The position numbers and the translations under genes are program-made. The notes beneath the pieces are model-generated. The model was not told where the DNA came from, ran no database searches, and saw only the letters and a list, made by a program, of their open reading frames with translations. Positions 38,363-49,703 of a stretch of DNA of 64,000 nucleotides are shown piece after piece. The stretch covers positions 2,720,001-2,784,000 of the forward strand of contig OZ220696.1 in assembly GCA_965116495.1 (NCBI GenBank). The letters run 5' to 3'. How positions within the stretch are numbered: position 1 is the stretch's first letter; each line of letters opens with the position of its first letter. Source of the DNA: Gammaproteobacteria bacterium (lineage in GTDB: Bacteria > Pseudomonadota > Gammaproteobacteria > Eutrophobiales > Eutrophobiaceae).

Positions 38363-39832
38363 CTATGTTCTTTCAACAATATTCACACAGAACTCCCGGA
38401 TGCTGTTCCGGTCTGGAGTGGGTATTCCACACGTATTGAATACCGCTTCATCAATACTTTCTATGAACGAAAGAACTTCTGTGACGCTTGGACAAGCTTC
38501 ATAGGCCTCCTGCGCTATGTGCCCCAACGTTTTCAGTGCATCAGCAGGCATTACAGGAACAGGAATCCTGGCGACGTAGCCGGCAGTAATCATATTTGAG
38601 CGCAGCAGCACGCCGCGCACCAGGTAGTTGCACAGGGAACTGTTCAGGTAACTCAATAGCCACCATCGGTCTTCTTCAGGGGGGAACAGGTTTGCATTCA
38701 CGCCGAAGGCCGAGTTGGCAGGGAGAATAGCCGCCCCGAATGATACACCCATTGATGAACAGGTGATGCCCGGAAGACCGATGTACGACTCATTCCGGAT
38801 AATGAAGTTCCCCACATTGCGTGCCACTTCTCGATAGTCATCACGCAAATACGCATCCGGTTCCGTAAAAAACCGGCGCTTGCCCGGATTCTTGTAGAAC
38901 GGTACGGTAAAACCCTTTCTTCGTGCGGGAGACAGGTGCGCCTTGTCGTTCCCGGTGGAGATCCCGGTCCGGCAGGGGAAGCGTTCGCCCAGGCGCGGCG
39001 CACTGAACAATGCGTGTACCGCCTCCGGTACTTCCACCACGAACTCGCTGCGGTCCTTGGGCGATGAGAGAAATACCTCTTCCGCCGGGTATGTTTGAAA
39101 CGCTTGAGTCCTGAGGATCCGTTCAAAGCACGTGGATGATTCCGGCCGACCTGCGACCTCAATCCTGTTCATACCCTGGGAACCCTTCTGCAAAATCAGG
39201 ATTGAGGTTCGCACATCGGCTCCCTGTTTCCTGAATAAATCGGTCGGACATAATAACAGCGAGTGAATCCGGCACTCCGACCGTATGAACCGGCGCAGAC
39301 CCTCATGTCCCCTTGCAGTCAAAAAGGAATCAAAGGTGATTAACCCGATCAGGCATCCGGGTTTTGCCACGCGGATGATCGCGTAGACAAACAAGGAGTA
39401 AAGGTTGAGGACCGCCTCCCTGCCAAAGCACAGGGCAAACCTTTTTTTATGTCTGCGCAGGTATTCGTGCTCGTGGCAGTTGTAAGGCGGGTTGGCGACG
39501 ATGATGTCGGCGTCCGGTATGCTTTTTTCGGTTGAAGGGACATCCAGTGTATCGACCACTGAAAACAGGAAATCGCGTTGCTCAAAATCAAAAAATTTGT
39601 CAGGGCCATAGTCGATAACGTCAAACCCGCACAAGCGGGCGCCGATAGGGCGAAATGGCGCCAGCAGTTCGCCGTTACCCACACAGGGGTCAAAAACCAG
39701 TTTCGGGTCCGGGTTGAGGGATAATAATTTTCGTTTGAAGAAATCGGCGACAGGTTCCGGTGTTGAGTAATAACCGGTGTCGCGCCGGTCGATGCCGGCG
39801 CTGTTGAAGACCGATTTTATGTGTCTGCCCAT
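38363..39832 (-). CDS. Orphan N6-adenine DNA methyltransferase (TaqI/Eco57I-like gamma class)
   Basis: YYSTP, FDPCVGNG (motif I), ANPPY (motif IV) and a C-terminal TRD with YLNS. Confidence 0.85.
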   Translation of the reverse strand: MGRHIKSVFNSAGIDRRDTGYYSTPEPVADFFKRKLLSLNPDPKLVFDPCVGNGELLAPFRPIGARLCGFDVIDYGPDKFFDFEQRDFLFSVVDTLDVPSTEKSIPDADIIVANPPYNCHEHEYLRRHKKRFALCFGREAVLNLYSLFVYAIIRVAKPGCLIGLITFDSFLTARGHEGLRRFIRSECRIHSLLLCPTDLFRKQGADVRTSILILQKGSQGMNRIEVAGRPESSTCFERILRTQAFQTYPAEEVFLSSPKDRSEFVVEVPEAVHALFSAPRLGERFPCRTGISTGNDKAHLSPARRKGFTVPFYKNPGKRRFFTEPDAYLRDDYREVARNVGNFIIRNESYIGLPGITCSSMGVSFGAAILPANSAFGVNANLFPPEEDRWWLLSYLNSSLCNYLVRGVLLRSNMITAGYVARIPVPVMPADALKTLGHIAQEAYEACPSVTEVLSFIESIDEAVFNTCGIPTPDRNSIREFCVNIVERT

Positions 39833-39889
39833 CAGACATCACTGTAGGCGATTTTGCTATGGGTTCGGACCGTCTGAGACAGCCTGATT

Positions 39890-41623
39890 TTACGGTTCCG
39901 CAGAATAGACTTCCTCTCCCGACACCACCGTCAACACCACTTGCGTCTCGCTGATCTCCTCCACCGGCACCTGGAAAATATTCCTGTCGAGGACGATGAA
40001 GTCGGCGGACTTGCCGACCTCGATAGTGCCCGTACGGTCCGCGTTTTTTGCCGCGACGGCGCCGTTGATGGTAAATATCCGCAATGCGTCCTCCAGGGTA
40101 ATGGCCTGATCCGGCCACAACTTGCCGGGACGTACTCCATAGGGGTCCTGTCTCGTCACCATGGCTTCGATCCCCGGCCAGGGGTTGGGGTCGGGCACCA
40201 CGGACGGCCAGTCGGACCCGTAGATAAGGTGTGCGCCGGCGTCCTGCAATGATTTTATGGGCCAGAACCGGTTTGCTCTTTCCTCTCCAATCACCCCCGC
40301 CATGACCTCGACCAGCAGCGACGGATACCACAGGATAGGGGAGAACTCCGCGGTCACGTTCAATTGTTTGAAGCGGGGAATATCATCCGGGTGAATTAAT
40401 TCCGCATGGGAAATCTCATGCATGAGGCCGGAGTCGCCGTTCGCTTCGCGCGCGGCTTCGATAGCGTCCAGCGCCACCCGCACCGCGCGGTCTCCGGTTG
40501 CGTGGATCTTGACCGTCTGCCCCTGGACGTCCAGGTAAACCATATCCTCGGCCAATTGCGCCGGGGTGTGTATCAGCTTGCCGGTGAAACTGTCGCCATG
40601 GGTTTCATCGGGCAGATAGGGCTCCAGCATGGCGGAGGTACGCGTAGGCGGTATACCGTCAAGCATGATTTTTGTGAAGTTGGTGCCTACATTTTGGGTC
40701 GCGTAGTCAGCCCGCAATTTCAGGTTTTCCAGTTCTTTTTCCCGGGTGTCGGTCCAGGCTATTTTCCAGACGATACTGGCGCTGACTTTCATGGTTAAGC
40801 GCCCGGCCTGGTCCAGGCTTCGATAGGCTTTCAGCGCGTTGCTGTCGGCCGCGGCGTCCTTGACGCTGGTCACGCCCACCTTGTTCATTTCATGCATTGC
40901 CCAGGCCAGTGCGTTTTCATATTGCTCATCGGTATAGGCAGGTATCTGTTTCAGGACATCGTAGGCGGCGTTATCGATGAGGATGCCCGTCGGCTCCGTA
41001 CTCCCCCGTTCTCTCAGGATTACGCCACCCGCCGGGTCGGGTGTACTCGCGTCAATACCCAGCACTTCGAGGGCGCGGGAGTTGAGCCAGGCCCCGTGCA
41101 CGGTGGAATCGCCCAGGTAAACCGGATGCTCCCGGGTGATCGCGTCCAGGATTTTTTTATTGGGGACCGTATCGGACTGCATCAGTTCCATGGCCCACTG
41201 GCCGCCGCGAATCCACTCACCCTTCGGGGTGTCGGCTGCGCACGCCGTCAATTTTGCGACGATCTCATCCATGCTGAAGGTAAAGGGAAACGCGCACTGG
41301 AAGTTGTACTTTTCGCCGGCTTCCTTGGGGTGGGCATGCATGTCGTGGATGCCGGGCATCAGCATCCTGCCGTTGAGGTCGACAACCCGGGCCTGGTCCG
41401 ACACCTGCGCCTGTACCTCCTGGTTGCTGCCCAGCGCGGTGATCACCCCGTCTGTTACCGCCAGCGCTTGCGCCACGGCCCGGCCGGGGTCGACCGTGTA
41501 GATAAACCCGTTGGTATAGATGGTTTCCTGCGGTTGAGACTGGTTGTTACCAGAACAGCCGGCGGCACAGACCAGTGCCGTCAGCAGTATAAGTCCCGGA
41601 AATTTCAAAGCATTAATATTCAT
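39890..41623 (-). CDS. Amidohydrolase (YtcJ-like) lipoprotein
   Basis: AAGC lipobox, PGIHDMHAH, HATGDRA, HAE and GSDWP. Confidence 0.85.
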   Translation of the reverse strand: MNINALKFPGLILLTALVCAAGCSGNNQSQPQETIYTNGFIYTVDPGRAVAQALAVTDGVITALGSNQEVQAQVSDQARVVDLNGRMLMPGIHDMHAHPKEAGEKYNFQCAFPFTFSMDEIVAKLTACAADTPKGEWIRGGQWAMELMQSDTVPNKKILDAITREHPVYLGDSTVHGAWLNSRALEVLGIDASTPDPAGGVILRERGSTEPTGILIDNAAYDVLKQIPAYTDEQYENALAWAMHEMNKVGVTSVKDAAADSNALKAYRSLDQAGRLTMKVSASIVWKIAWTDTREKELENLKLRADYATQNVGTNFTKIMLDGIPPTRTSAMLEPYLPDETHGDSFTGKLIHTPAQLAEDMVYLDVQGQTVKIHATGDRAVRVALDAIEAAREANGDSGLMHEISHAELIHPDDIPRFKQLNVTAEFSPILWYPSLLVEVMAGVIGEERANRFWPIKSLQDAGAHLIYGSDWPSVVPDPNPWPGIEAMVTRQDPYGVRPGKLWPDQAITLEDALRIFTINGAVAAKNADRTGTIEVGKSADFIVLDRNIFQVPVEEISETQVVLTVVSGEEVYSAEP

Positions 41624-43303
41624 AATGATTCTTGCCGTTGGTAAAACGCATTTTCAACTCATCAAATACCAATACGTCATTATCGTCAACGTATTGTTGC
41701 CACAGCGCCAGCATATCCTGTAGTTTCCCGGGCCGGGACTGCGCCAGGTCATTCAGTTCCCCGGGGTCCTCTTCCAGGTTGTATAACTCCCAGCTTTCCT
41801 TGCCCCAGGGCCGGTTATTATACAGTAGCTTCCAGTCGCCCTGGCGGATCATGCGCCGGTTGAACAGTTCAAGGCCATAAACGTGTTCCGGAGAGTGTAC
41901 GACGGACTCCTGGCCTGCGAGGTGTGAAAAGAACGGCTTGCCAATCATCGGGTGAACCCGGCGTCCCTCAAATTCCGGCGCGGGATGCGGCACTTTTGCC
42001 AGTTGCAGGATAGTGGGCGCCACGTCCAGTACGGTGATGAACGCATCGGAACGGCTGCCTGCTTTTATCCGGTCCGGAAATACTGCGATGGTGGGCGAGA
42101 CCAGGCCGCCCTGGGTAGGGAAGCCTTTATACATGTGAAACGGCGTGTTGCTGACGTGCGCCCATCCCGGTCCTGTCGAAGCATAGGAGCCGGGTTTCCC
42201 CATGTTTTCATAACTCAAATCGAAATTCGACGGCACCCAGGTGGGATTGCTGGCGAGATCGTGCGGGTTATTGCCCTCTGCGCCGTTATCGGAAAAGAAC
42301 AGGATAAAGGTATTCTCATATTCGCCCGAATCTTTCAGGTACCGGATCAGGCGGCCGATGTTCTCATCCAGCGCCTCCACCATCGCTGCGTAGAGTTGCA
42401 TACGGCGCACTTCAAGCTTTTTCTGCTCCCCGTCGAGTTCATCCCAGCCGGGCCATTCCCGATGCTGCGGCGCGGGTGTCTGTCCCGGTTTTATGAGGCC
42501 CGTGGCCTGCATCCGCTCGATGCGTTTCTCGCGGATCCCGTCATAGCCGACTTCATACACACCTTCGTACCTGTCGACATACTCCCGGGGCGCCTGTAAC
42601 GGCCAATGGGGCGCGGTGTAGGCTGCGTAACCAAAGAACGGTTTGCCGTCAGCACGGTTTTTGTCGATGTACTCAATCATCTTGTCGGTGAAATACACGG
42701 AAGAATAAAAATCATCGGGCAGGGCCTGTAACTGCTCGTTGCCTTCAGCCCAGAATGACACTTCCTCGTACTCGGTAATGCCGCGCATGTCTGAGAAGTG
42801 GCTTGCGCCGCCGTGTTTCAGCCAGAAGGCCTCTTCGAAACCCCGGTCCAGGGGGTAGTAGCCTTCCTCGTAGCCCAACTGCCACTTGCCCGACATGTAG
42901 GTGTGATAACCGGACTCCCTGAGCAGTCTCACAAACGTGACGATGTCCTTGTTCAGGAAGCCCTCGTAGCCGGGTTTGCCTTTCTGCTCTTCCGACCACA
43001 TGCCGTTCATGGTGCCGAGGCCGGCGCGGTGGGCGTCGGCGCCGGACATCAGTAAGGCACGGGTGGGAGAGCAGGTGGGCGCCACGTGGAAGTTGGTCAG
43101 CATCTTGCCGGCGCCGGCCAGGGCATCCAGGTTCGGCGTGCTGATCTCGCCGCCGAATACGCCCAGGTCCGAGTAACCCAGGTCATCCGCAATGATCAGC
43201 AGGATGTTGGGCCGCGGGTCATTTTTATCAGTTTCTGCCTGATCCGTACAACCGGCCAAACCCTGCAAACCGGTAATCAAAAAAATATAATAACTGTGCG
43301 CAT
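41613..43303 (-). CDS. Arylsulfatase (AtsA-like); signal peptide frameshifted at a T7 run
   Basis: ADDLGYSD, CSPTR formylglycine motif, SGKW and APHWPLQ. The ATG at 43303 is one base out of frame with the body, whose in-frame TTG is at 43280. Confidence 0.85.
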
Positions 43304-43333
43304 CGTATGTGCCCCGGTGGGATTTTATTCTAT

Positions 43334-44368
43334 TCAGACGATCTTCAGTTGTGGCATGACGTTCTCGGCAAACCGTTCCAGCGAACGCATTTCCTCGTCG
43401 TGTCCGATATCGCCGAACGCGGGTTGCAGCGCCAGGTAATTCACGCCTGTTACCTCCACCTGGCGGGCCAGGGCATCAGCCACCCTGGTTGCGCTGCCGT
43501 GCACCATCATCCCGATCTCCACGGCCTTTTCAAACCTGGAGATCGGACCCAGGTGCGGCGCTTCAATATTGCGTTCTACCCACAGCCTGTGCAGTTTGGC
43601 AAACCAGTCGTTATAGGCCTGGCGCGCGACCGCCTCCGCCTTGCGCTCATCCTCGTTAACGTAGATCATACGCCAGGCGCCGACGAAAGGTTCTGCCGGA
43701 GCGCCGGCGGGCCGTAACGGATCATCCTTGCTGGCGTTCCACTCAGACCGGTAGTTTTCGCTGGCCTGGCGGATAACCTCAGTCGGGCCCAGGGCAATCG
43801 AGTGCATGCCGCGCCGGGCTGCCTCAGCCTGGCCGCCGGGGGACATGGACGCACTCCAAAGGGGCAATAGCGACTGTTCGGCCTGCAGAGCCATGGGTAC
43901 GTCTTCGTATTGATAGTGTTTTCCATTAAAGGTCAATGTCGTGCAATTCAACCCCTCAATGATCAGGTCCACACCCTCGATGAACATTTCCATGGCGTCA
44001 TCCGGGTCAACGCCGAAAAAAGCGATTTCAATCGGCGATACGCCGCGACCCAGACCCACCTCCAGCCGGCCGTTGCTGAGGTTGTCCAGCATGCAGATTT
44101 CTTCAATCAGGCGTAACGGTATATACAGGGGGACCAGGTAAACCAGCGGGCCGATGCGTATGGTCGAAGTCGCCTGTGCCAGGGCGGCCAGGAATATACC
44201 GGGAGACGGCGCCGCGCCCAGCGGCGTGCCGTGGTGCTCGGCCAGGTGGTACCCCCTGAAGCCGGCGGCCTCCGCCGCCTGAGCAATTATAATCCTCTCG
44301 GCGTAGGTTCTGCTCAATGGCTCCGCGCGTTTATCCAGGTGATCAAAGATGCCGAATTCGATAGTCAT
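43334..44368 (-). CDS. Luciferase-like (LLM) flavin monooxygenase
   Basis: LAEHH, LDNLSNGRLEVGLGRG and FAENVMP. Confidence 0.9.
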   Translation of the reverse strand: MTIEFGIFDHLDKRAEPLSRTYAERIIIAQAAEAAGFRGYHLAEHHGTPLGAAPSPGIFLAALAQATSTIRIGPLVYLVPLYIPLRLIEEICMLDNLSNGRLEVGLGRGVSPIEIAFFGVDPDDAMEMFIEGVDLIIEGLNCTTLTFNGKHYQYEDVPMALQAEQSLLPLWSASMSPGGQAEAARRGMHSIALGPTEVIRQASENYRSEWNASKDDPLRPAGAPAEPFVGAWRMIYVNEDERKAEAVARQAYNDWFAKLHRLWVERNIEAPHLGPISRFEKAVEIGMMVHGSATRVADALARQVEVTGVNYLALQPAFGDIGHDEEMRSLERFAENVMPQLKIV

Positions 44369-44536
44369 TCCTTATTGCCTCATATGGATTCCTCCGCCGT
44401 TCAGGCTGCATTCTACCTTCTTTCTGCGGAAAAATTGCCTCACTGTCGGAATTCCGTGTATTCTTATCGCCTTTCAAAACTCCGGCAGGGCTTTTTTTGA
44501 TATATTCGCCCAATTGCGCTATCACGAGAACAAAGC

Positions 44537-45286
44537 ATGAAAATACTGATCCCGATAAAACGCGTCATCGATTACAACGTCCGCATCCGCGTGAAAAAAG
44601 ACGGTAGCGGCGTTGAAACGGCGAACGTAAAAATGTCCATGAATCCGTTTTGTGAAATTGCCGTGGAAGAGGCGGTACGGATCACGGAAGCCGGAAATGC
44701 GGATGAGATCGTGGTGGTAACCATCGGCGGGCGCCAGTGCCAGGATATCCTGCGCACCGCCCTGGCGATGGGCGCCGACCGGGCCATATTGATCGAGACG
44801 GACGTGGCGGTACAACCCCTGGCTATAGCAAAATTGCTGAAAGTGACGGCCGAACGGGAGGAGCCGAGACTCATCATCACCGGCAAACAGGCCATCGACG
44901 ACGATAACAACCAGACCGGACAGATGCTCTCGGCCCTGCTCGGCTGGCCCCAGGCAACGTTCGCATCGAATATTGAATTTGCCGATGGAGGATTAAATGT
45001 GACCCGGGAAGTGGACGGCGGCCTGGAGACGATAGCCATAAAGCTGCCTGCCGTTATCACCACCGACCTGCGTCTGAATGAACCACGCTACGTCAAACTG
45101 CCCAATATCATGAAAGCCAAGAAAAAGCCGCTCGACGTGATAACCCCGGCAGACCTGGGCATAGACGTTACACCGAGCATAGATATCCTCAACGTCGTCG
45201 AACCGCCGGCCAGGTCGGCGGGCGTAAAGGTGGCTGATGTACAGGAACTGGTAGACAAGCTGCACAATGAAGCAAAGGTGATCTGA
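44537..45286 (+). CDS. etfB: Electron transfer flavoprotein beta subunit
   Basis: [29 protein letters not shown] and LNEPRY. Confidence 0.95.
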   Translation: MKILIPIKRVIDYNVRIRVKKDGSGVETANVKMSMNPFCEIAVEEAVRITEAGNADEIVVVTIGGRQCQDILRTALAMGADRAILIETDVAVQPLAIAKLLKVTAEREEPRLIITGKQAIDDDNNQTGQMLSALLGWPQATFASNIEFADGGLNVTREVDGGLETIAIKLPAVITTDLRLNEPRYVKLPNIMKAKKKPLDVITPADLGIDVTPSIDILNVVEPPARSAGVKVADVQELVDKLHNEAKVI

Positions 45287-45287
45287 T

Positions 45288-46229
45288 ATGAGCATCCTGG
45301 TTATCGCGGAACACGACAATAAGGCCATCAAATCGTCCACGCTGAATACCGTCGGCGCGGCTGTCCAGTTGGGAGAGGATGTGCTGCTGCTAGTCGCCGG
45401 CAACGGCAGTGAACCGGTCGCAGAAGCCGGCGCGAGGATTGCGGGAATAAGCAGGGTATTGCATGCCGAAGCTGCGCACTATGAGCACGCGCTGGCCGAA
45501 GAACTGGCGCCGCTGGTGGTCGCCTGCAGCGAAGACGTAAGTCATATCCTGGCGCCGGCCAGTACGTTTGGCAAAAACCTGGTGCCCAGGGTGGCGGCAC
45601 TGCTTGACGTCGGCGTGGTTGCGGACATTGTGAGTATTGAATCTGCCGACACGTTTGTACGCCCGATTTATGCCGGCAACGCCCTTGCCACAGTCCGCAG
45701 CAATGACGCCGTCAAGGTCATCAGCGTCCGCAGCACGAATTTTGACGCGGCCGCCGCCGAGGGTGGAACAGCCGTAATCGAACCGGTCAGTGTTTCTGAT
45801 CCTGCCGGCCTGTCCGCGTTTGTCGGTCAGGAAACCGCCGAATCGGAACGGCCTGAACTCACCAGCGCAGGCATTGTCATCTCCGGCGGCCGCGGTTTCG
45901 GCAGCGGCGACAATTTCAAGCTGCTGGACGATATAGCCGACAAACTGGGCGCGGCCATAGGCGCTTCCCGGGCCGCGGTAGATGCCGGCTATGTCCCCAA
46001 TGACTACCAGGTAGGCCAGACCGGCAAGATCGTCGCGCCTGACCTGTATATCGCCGTCGGGATATCCGGCGCCATACAACACCTGGCCGGGATGAAAGAA
46101 AGCAAGGTGATCGTCGCCATCAACAAGGATGAGGAAGCCCCCATCTTCGAAATTGCCGATTACGGTCTGGTTGCGGATTTGTTCCAGGCCCTGCCGGAAT
46201 TTTCCGCCGCGCTGGACAATCTCGATTAA
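45288..46229 (+). CDS. etfA: Electron transfer flavoprotein alpha subunit
   Basis: [20 protein letters not shown] and [11 protein letters not shown]. Confidence 0.95.
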   Translation: MSILVIAEHDNKAIKSSTLNTVGAAVQLGEDVLLLVAGNGSEPVAEAGARIAGISRVLHAEAAHYEHALAEELAPLVVACSEDVSHILAPASTFGKNLVPRVAALLDVGVVADIVSIESADTFVRPIYAGNALATVRSNDAVKVISVRSTNFDAAAAEGGTAVIEPVSVSDPAGLSAFVGQETAESERPELTSAGIVISGGRGFGSGDNFKLLDDIADKLGAAIGASRAAVDAGYVPNDYQVGQTGKIVAPDLYIAVGISGAIQHLAGMKESKVIVAINKDEEAPIFEIADYGLVADLFQALPEFSAALDNLD

Positions 46230-46248
46230 TCGGCATATCGGCGACCCG

Positions 46249-46272
46249 GGGGACGGACTTAAGTCCGTCCCC
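46249..46272. repeat. REP-like palindrome (family B)
   Basis: GGGGACGGACTTAAGTCCGTCCCC, a perfect 24-bp palindrome. Confidence 0.8.
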
Positions 46273-46281
46273 GAACGCATA

Positions 46282-47157
46282 ATGGAACGTCAACATCATC
46301 CCTACCTGGCGGCAGTATTCATGTTCATGGCAACGATCTTTTTCTGCCTGGCCGACGTAATGGGGAAGTGGTTGACGGAAGTCTACCCGGTGATACAGGT
46401 GACCTGGCTGAGACATGTCGTCGGTATAATCGTCGTGTTCAGCATCATTGTCGCTACGTCAAACCTGGGAAAACTGAAAACCAGGCGACCTGTATGGCAT
46501 GGTTTGCGGAGTCTGGCCAGCGCTATTATGGTACTGTCCATTTTTTATGGCCTGAAACATATCCCGCTGGCTGAATTTGTATCGCTGACGTTTTCAATCC
46601 CTTTCTTCGTTGCCCTGTTGTCTCCCTGGTTGTTAAAGGAAAAAGTCACGATGCACACCTGGGCTGCTATCACCATCGGTTTTGTCGGCGTGCTGTTTAT
46701 ATTGAGACCGACCCCCGACCATTTTCATTATGCCCACTTGACCAGCCTGGCGCTGGCGTTCCTGGCCAGCCTGGTGCTTATGAGCGCGAGGTATTTGTCC
46801 ACGACTGAGAACAGGTGGTCGCTCAATTTTTACCTGCCTGTCGCCGGCATCATCCTGTATGGCTACTGGGCATTAAGTTACTGGGTTGACCCGACAACGA
46901 TGCACTGGCTGATGATTGCTACCCTGGGGGTATCACAGACGGCCGCGCTGGCCTGTTATATAGAGGCCTTACGCCTGGCGCGCCCGTCGGTTATTGCGCC
47001 GCTGGATTATGTACGCCTGATCTGGACGCTCATCGTCGGCTACGTCATCTGGCAGGAAATCCCGGATCAATATACCTGGATTGGGATCATCATCATCGTT
47101 GCCAGCGGCATCTACATCGTGAGCCACGGCTACGTGAGTAAAACGGAACATCTGTAA
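46282..47157 (+). CDS. DMT/EamA family transporter
   Basis: About ten TMs, PFFVALLSPWLLKEKV and APLDYVRLIW...WQEIP. Start reassigned to MERQHH. Confidence 0.85.
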   Translation: MERQHHPYLAAVFMFMATIFFCLADVMGKWLTEVYPVIQVTWLRHVVGIIVVFSIIVATSNLGKLKTRRPVWHGLRSLASAIMVLSIFYGLKHIPLAEFVSLTFSIPFFVALLSPWLLKEKVTMHTWAAITIGFVGVLFILRPTPDHFHYAHLTSLALAFLASLVLMSARYLSTTENRWSLNFYLPVAGIILYGYWALSYWVDPTTMHWLMIATLGVSQTAALACYIEALRLARPSVIAPLDYVRLIWTLIVGYVIWQEIPDQYTWIGIIIIVASGIYIVSHGYVSKTEHL

Positions 47158-47261
47158 TCCTCTTGTCCCGAACGTTTCTTTCACAAAGAGGTTATTTTCG
47201 GTTCAGCGACGGTACTGTCCACTACTTGACCTGCAGGTTCATATTCATCAAAATCTGACGA

Positions 47262-49703
47262 ATGGCCTTGAAAAAATCCCAACTCTACTCATCACTCTGG
47301 CAAAGCTGTGATGAGTTGCGCGGCGGCATGGATGCCTCGCAATACAAGGATTACATACTTACGTTGCTGTTTATGAAGTATGTCTCGGACAAGCGCGCCG
47401 GCGACCCCGATGCGCTGATTGAAGTCCCCGACGGGGGCGGTTTTGCCGACATGGTAAAGCTAAAGGGTGACAAGGAGATTGGCGACAAGATTAATAAGAT
47501 TATCGCCAAACTAGCTGAAGCGAATGAGCTTAAAGGTGTCATCGACCAAGCCAGCTTTAACGACGAAAGCAAATTAGGTGCCGGAAAAGAAATGCAGGAC
47601 CGGCTATCCAAGCTGGTCGCCATATTTGAAAATCTTGACTTCCGTGCCAACCGGACCGAAGGCGACGATCTCCTCGGTGACGCCTACGAATACCTGATGC
47701 AACACTTCGCCACCGAGTCTGGCAAGAGCAAGGGGCAATTCTACACACCGGCTGAAGTCTCTCGCATCATGGCCCAGGTGCTCGGCATCGGCCCGGTAAC
47801 CCGTCAGGACCAGACCATCTACGATCCTGCCTGCGGTTCCGGTTCCCTGCTGCTCAAGGCAGCCGACCAGGCGCCACGCGGAATTACAATTTATGGTCAG
47901 GAAATGGACAATGCAACCTGGGCGCTGGCGCGCATGAACATGATCCTGCACAACCACCCGACCGCGGATCTATGGCGCGGTAATACGTTGTCTGCTCCGT
48001 ACTTCAAAAACCAAAACGGCAGTCTCAAAACCTTCGATTTCGCCGTTGCCAATCCTCCTTTTTCAGCCAAAGCCTGGTCCAGCGGACTCGATCCGGCTAA
48101 TGACGAATACCGGCGTTTCGAGTACGGCATTCCACCGGCAAAGAATGGCGATTACGCTTTCCTGCTGCACCTCATCACATCGCTTAAGAGCAGGGGTAAA
48201 GGCGCAATTATCCTGCCCCACGGTGTGCTGTTTCGTGGTAACAGGGAGGCCGATATCCGCAGGAATCTGGTCCGGCGCGGCTTCATCAAAGGCATCATCG
48301 GCTTGCCCGAGAACCTTTTCTACGGCACCGGCATACCCGCCTGCATCCTGGTCATCGACAAGGAGAATGCGCACGCCCGCACCGGCATTTTCATGATCGA
48401 CGCGAGTAAGGGTTTTAAGAAAGACGGCAATAAGAACCGCCTGCGGGCACAGGACATACACCGGATTGTGGACGTGTTCAACAGGCAGACTGAACTGCGC
48501 GGTTATTCCCGCATGGCGCCGGTGGCCGAGATTGCCAGCCCCGCCAACGACTACAACCTTAATATTCCGCGCTATATCGATTCCAGCGAACCGGAAGACC
48601 TGCACGACCTGGACGCCCACCTGAACGGGGGCATTCCCGATTATGACCTTGATGCCTTGAGCGCTTACTGGAACGTCTTTCCCACGCTACGCCAAACGCT
48701 GTTTTCGAGTGACGGCCGCTCCGGTTACAGTGCAGCCCGCGTCGAGACGTCGCAAGTGAAAGCCGCCATTCTCGACCACGACGAATTCAATGCTTTTGAA
48801 CACCAGGTCACGACCACCCTCAACGCGTGGCGAAAAGCGCACGAACCGGCTCTCAAAGCAATACAGCAAGGCGCCAATCCAAAGGCGATCATCCGTAAAC
48901 TGTCGGAAGACCTGCTTACGCGTTTCTCCCACCTGCCGTTGCTGGACGCATACAACGTGTACCAGCGGCTGATGGATTACTGGGATGAGACGATGCAGGA
49001 CGACCTGTATCTGGTAGCCGCGGACGGCTGGATTGACGCCGCCAGGCCGCGCGGAATCATCGAAAGCAAGGAAAAGAAGCTCAAGGAAACGCCGGATCTG
49101 GTCGTCAAGCGCAAGAAGTACAAAATAGACCTGGTGCTCCCGGCGCTGGTCGTAGTCCACTGCTTTTCCGCCGAACGCGAGGCTATGGAAGCGTTGCAAA
49201 CCGCCCAGGAAACCGCCGCCCGCGAACTGGAGGAATTCATCGAAGAGCACAGCGTCGAGGAGGGCCTGCTGGCAGACGCGCTCAACGACAAAGGCAAAGT
49301 GCCCAAAGCCAGCGTGACACAGCGCCTCAAGGCCATAAGCAACGAACCGGAGAGCGAGGAGGAAAGCGAAGTTTTAACAAAATGTCTGACGTTGATTGAG
49401 GCCAACACCAAGTCAGACAAGGCTGTCAAGGAGGCCCAAGCCGCGCTGAACGAGCAAGTGCTGGCCCGTTACTCGTCGCTGACCGAAGCCGAAATCAAGT
49501 CACTCGTCGCAGGGGACAAGTGGTTTGCCAGTATCGACAGCACCATCAAGGGTGAGGTACAGCGCATAACCCAACAGCTTGCCGGGCGCGTCAAGGAAGT
49601 GGAAGAACGCTATGCCTCCCCGTTGCCTGAGTTGGAGCGTGAGGTGGAGGCGTACAGCGAAAAGGTCGAGGGACATCTGAAAAAGATGGGGTTGTCGTTG
49701 TGA
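47262..49703 (+). CDS. hsdM: Type I RM methyltransferase subunit M
   Basis: CDELRGGMDASQYKDY, GQFYTP, YDPACGSGSLL and ANPPF. Confidence 0.95.
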   Translation: MALKKSQLYSSLWQSCDELRGGMDASQYKDYILTLLFMKYVSDKRAGDPDALIEVPDGGGFADMVKLKGDKEIGDKINKIIAKLAEANELKGVIDQASFNDESKLGAGKEMQDRLSKLVAIFENLDFRANRTEGDDLLGDAYEYLMQHFATESGKSKGQFYTPAEVSRIMAQVLGIGPVTRQDQTIYDPACGSGSLLLKAADQAPRGITIYGQEMDNATWALARMNMILHNHPTADLWRGNTLSAPYFKNQNGSLKTFDFAVANPPFSAKAWSSGLDPANDEYRRFEYGIPPAKNGDYAFLLHLITSLKSRGKGAIILPHGVLFRGNREADIRRNLVRRGFIKGIIGLPENLFYGTGIPACILVIDKENAHARTGIFMIDASKGFKKDGNKNRLRAQDIHRIVDVFNRQTELRGYSRMAPVAEIASPANDYNLNIPRYIDSSEPEDLHDLDAHLNGGIPDYDLDALSAYWNVFPTLRQTLFSSDGRSGYSAARVETSQVKAAILDHDEFNAFEHQVTTTLNAWRKAHEPALKAIQQGANPKAIIRKLSEDLLTRFSHLPLLDAYNVYQRLMDYWDETMQDDLYLVAADGWIDAARPRGIIESKEKKLKETPDLVVKRKKYKIDLVLPALVVVHCFSAEREAMEALQTAQETAARELEEFIEEHSVEEGLLADALNDKGKVPKASVTQRLKAISNEPESEEESEVLTKCLTLIEANTKSDKAVKEAQAALNEQVLARYSSLTEAEIKSLVAGDKWFASIDSTIKGEVQRITQQLAGRVKEVEERYASPLPELEREVEAYSEKVEGHLKKMGLSL

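Noticed and set aside
21887-39832. Intact ICE or conjugative element
   Set aside because: No integrase, relaxase, coupling protein, VirB2/B3/B11 or att repeats are visible in the window.
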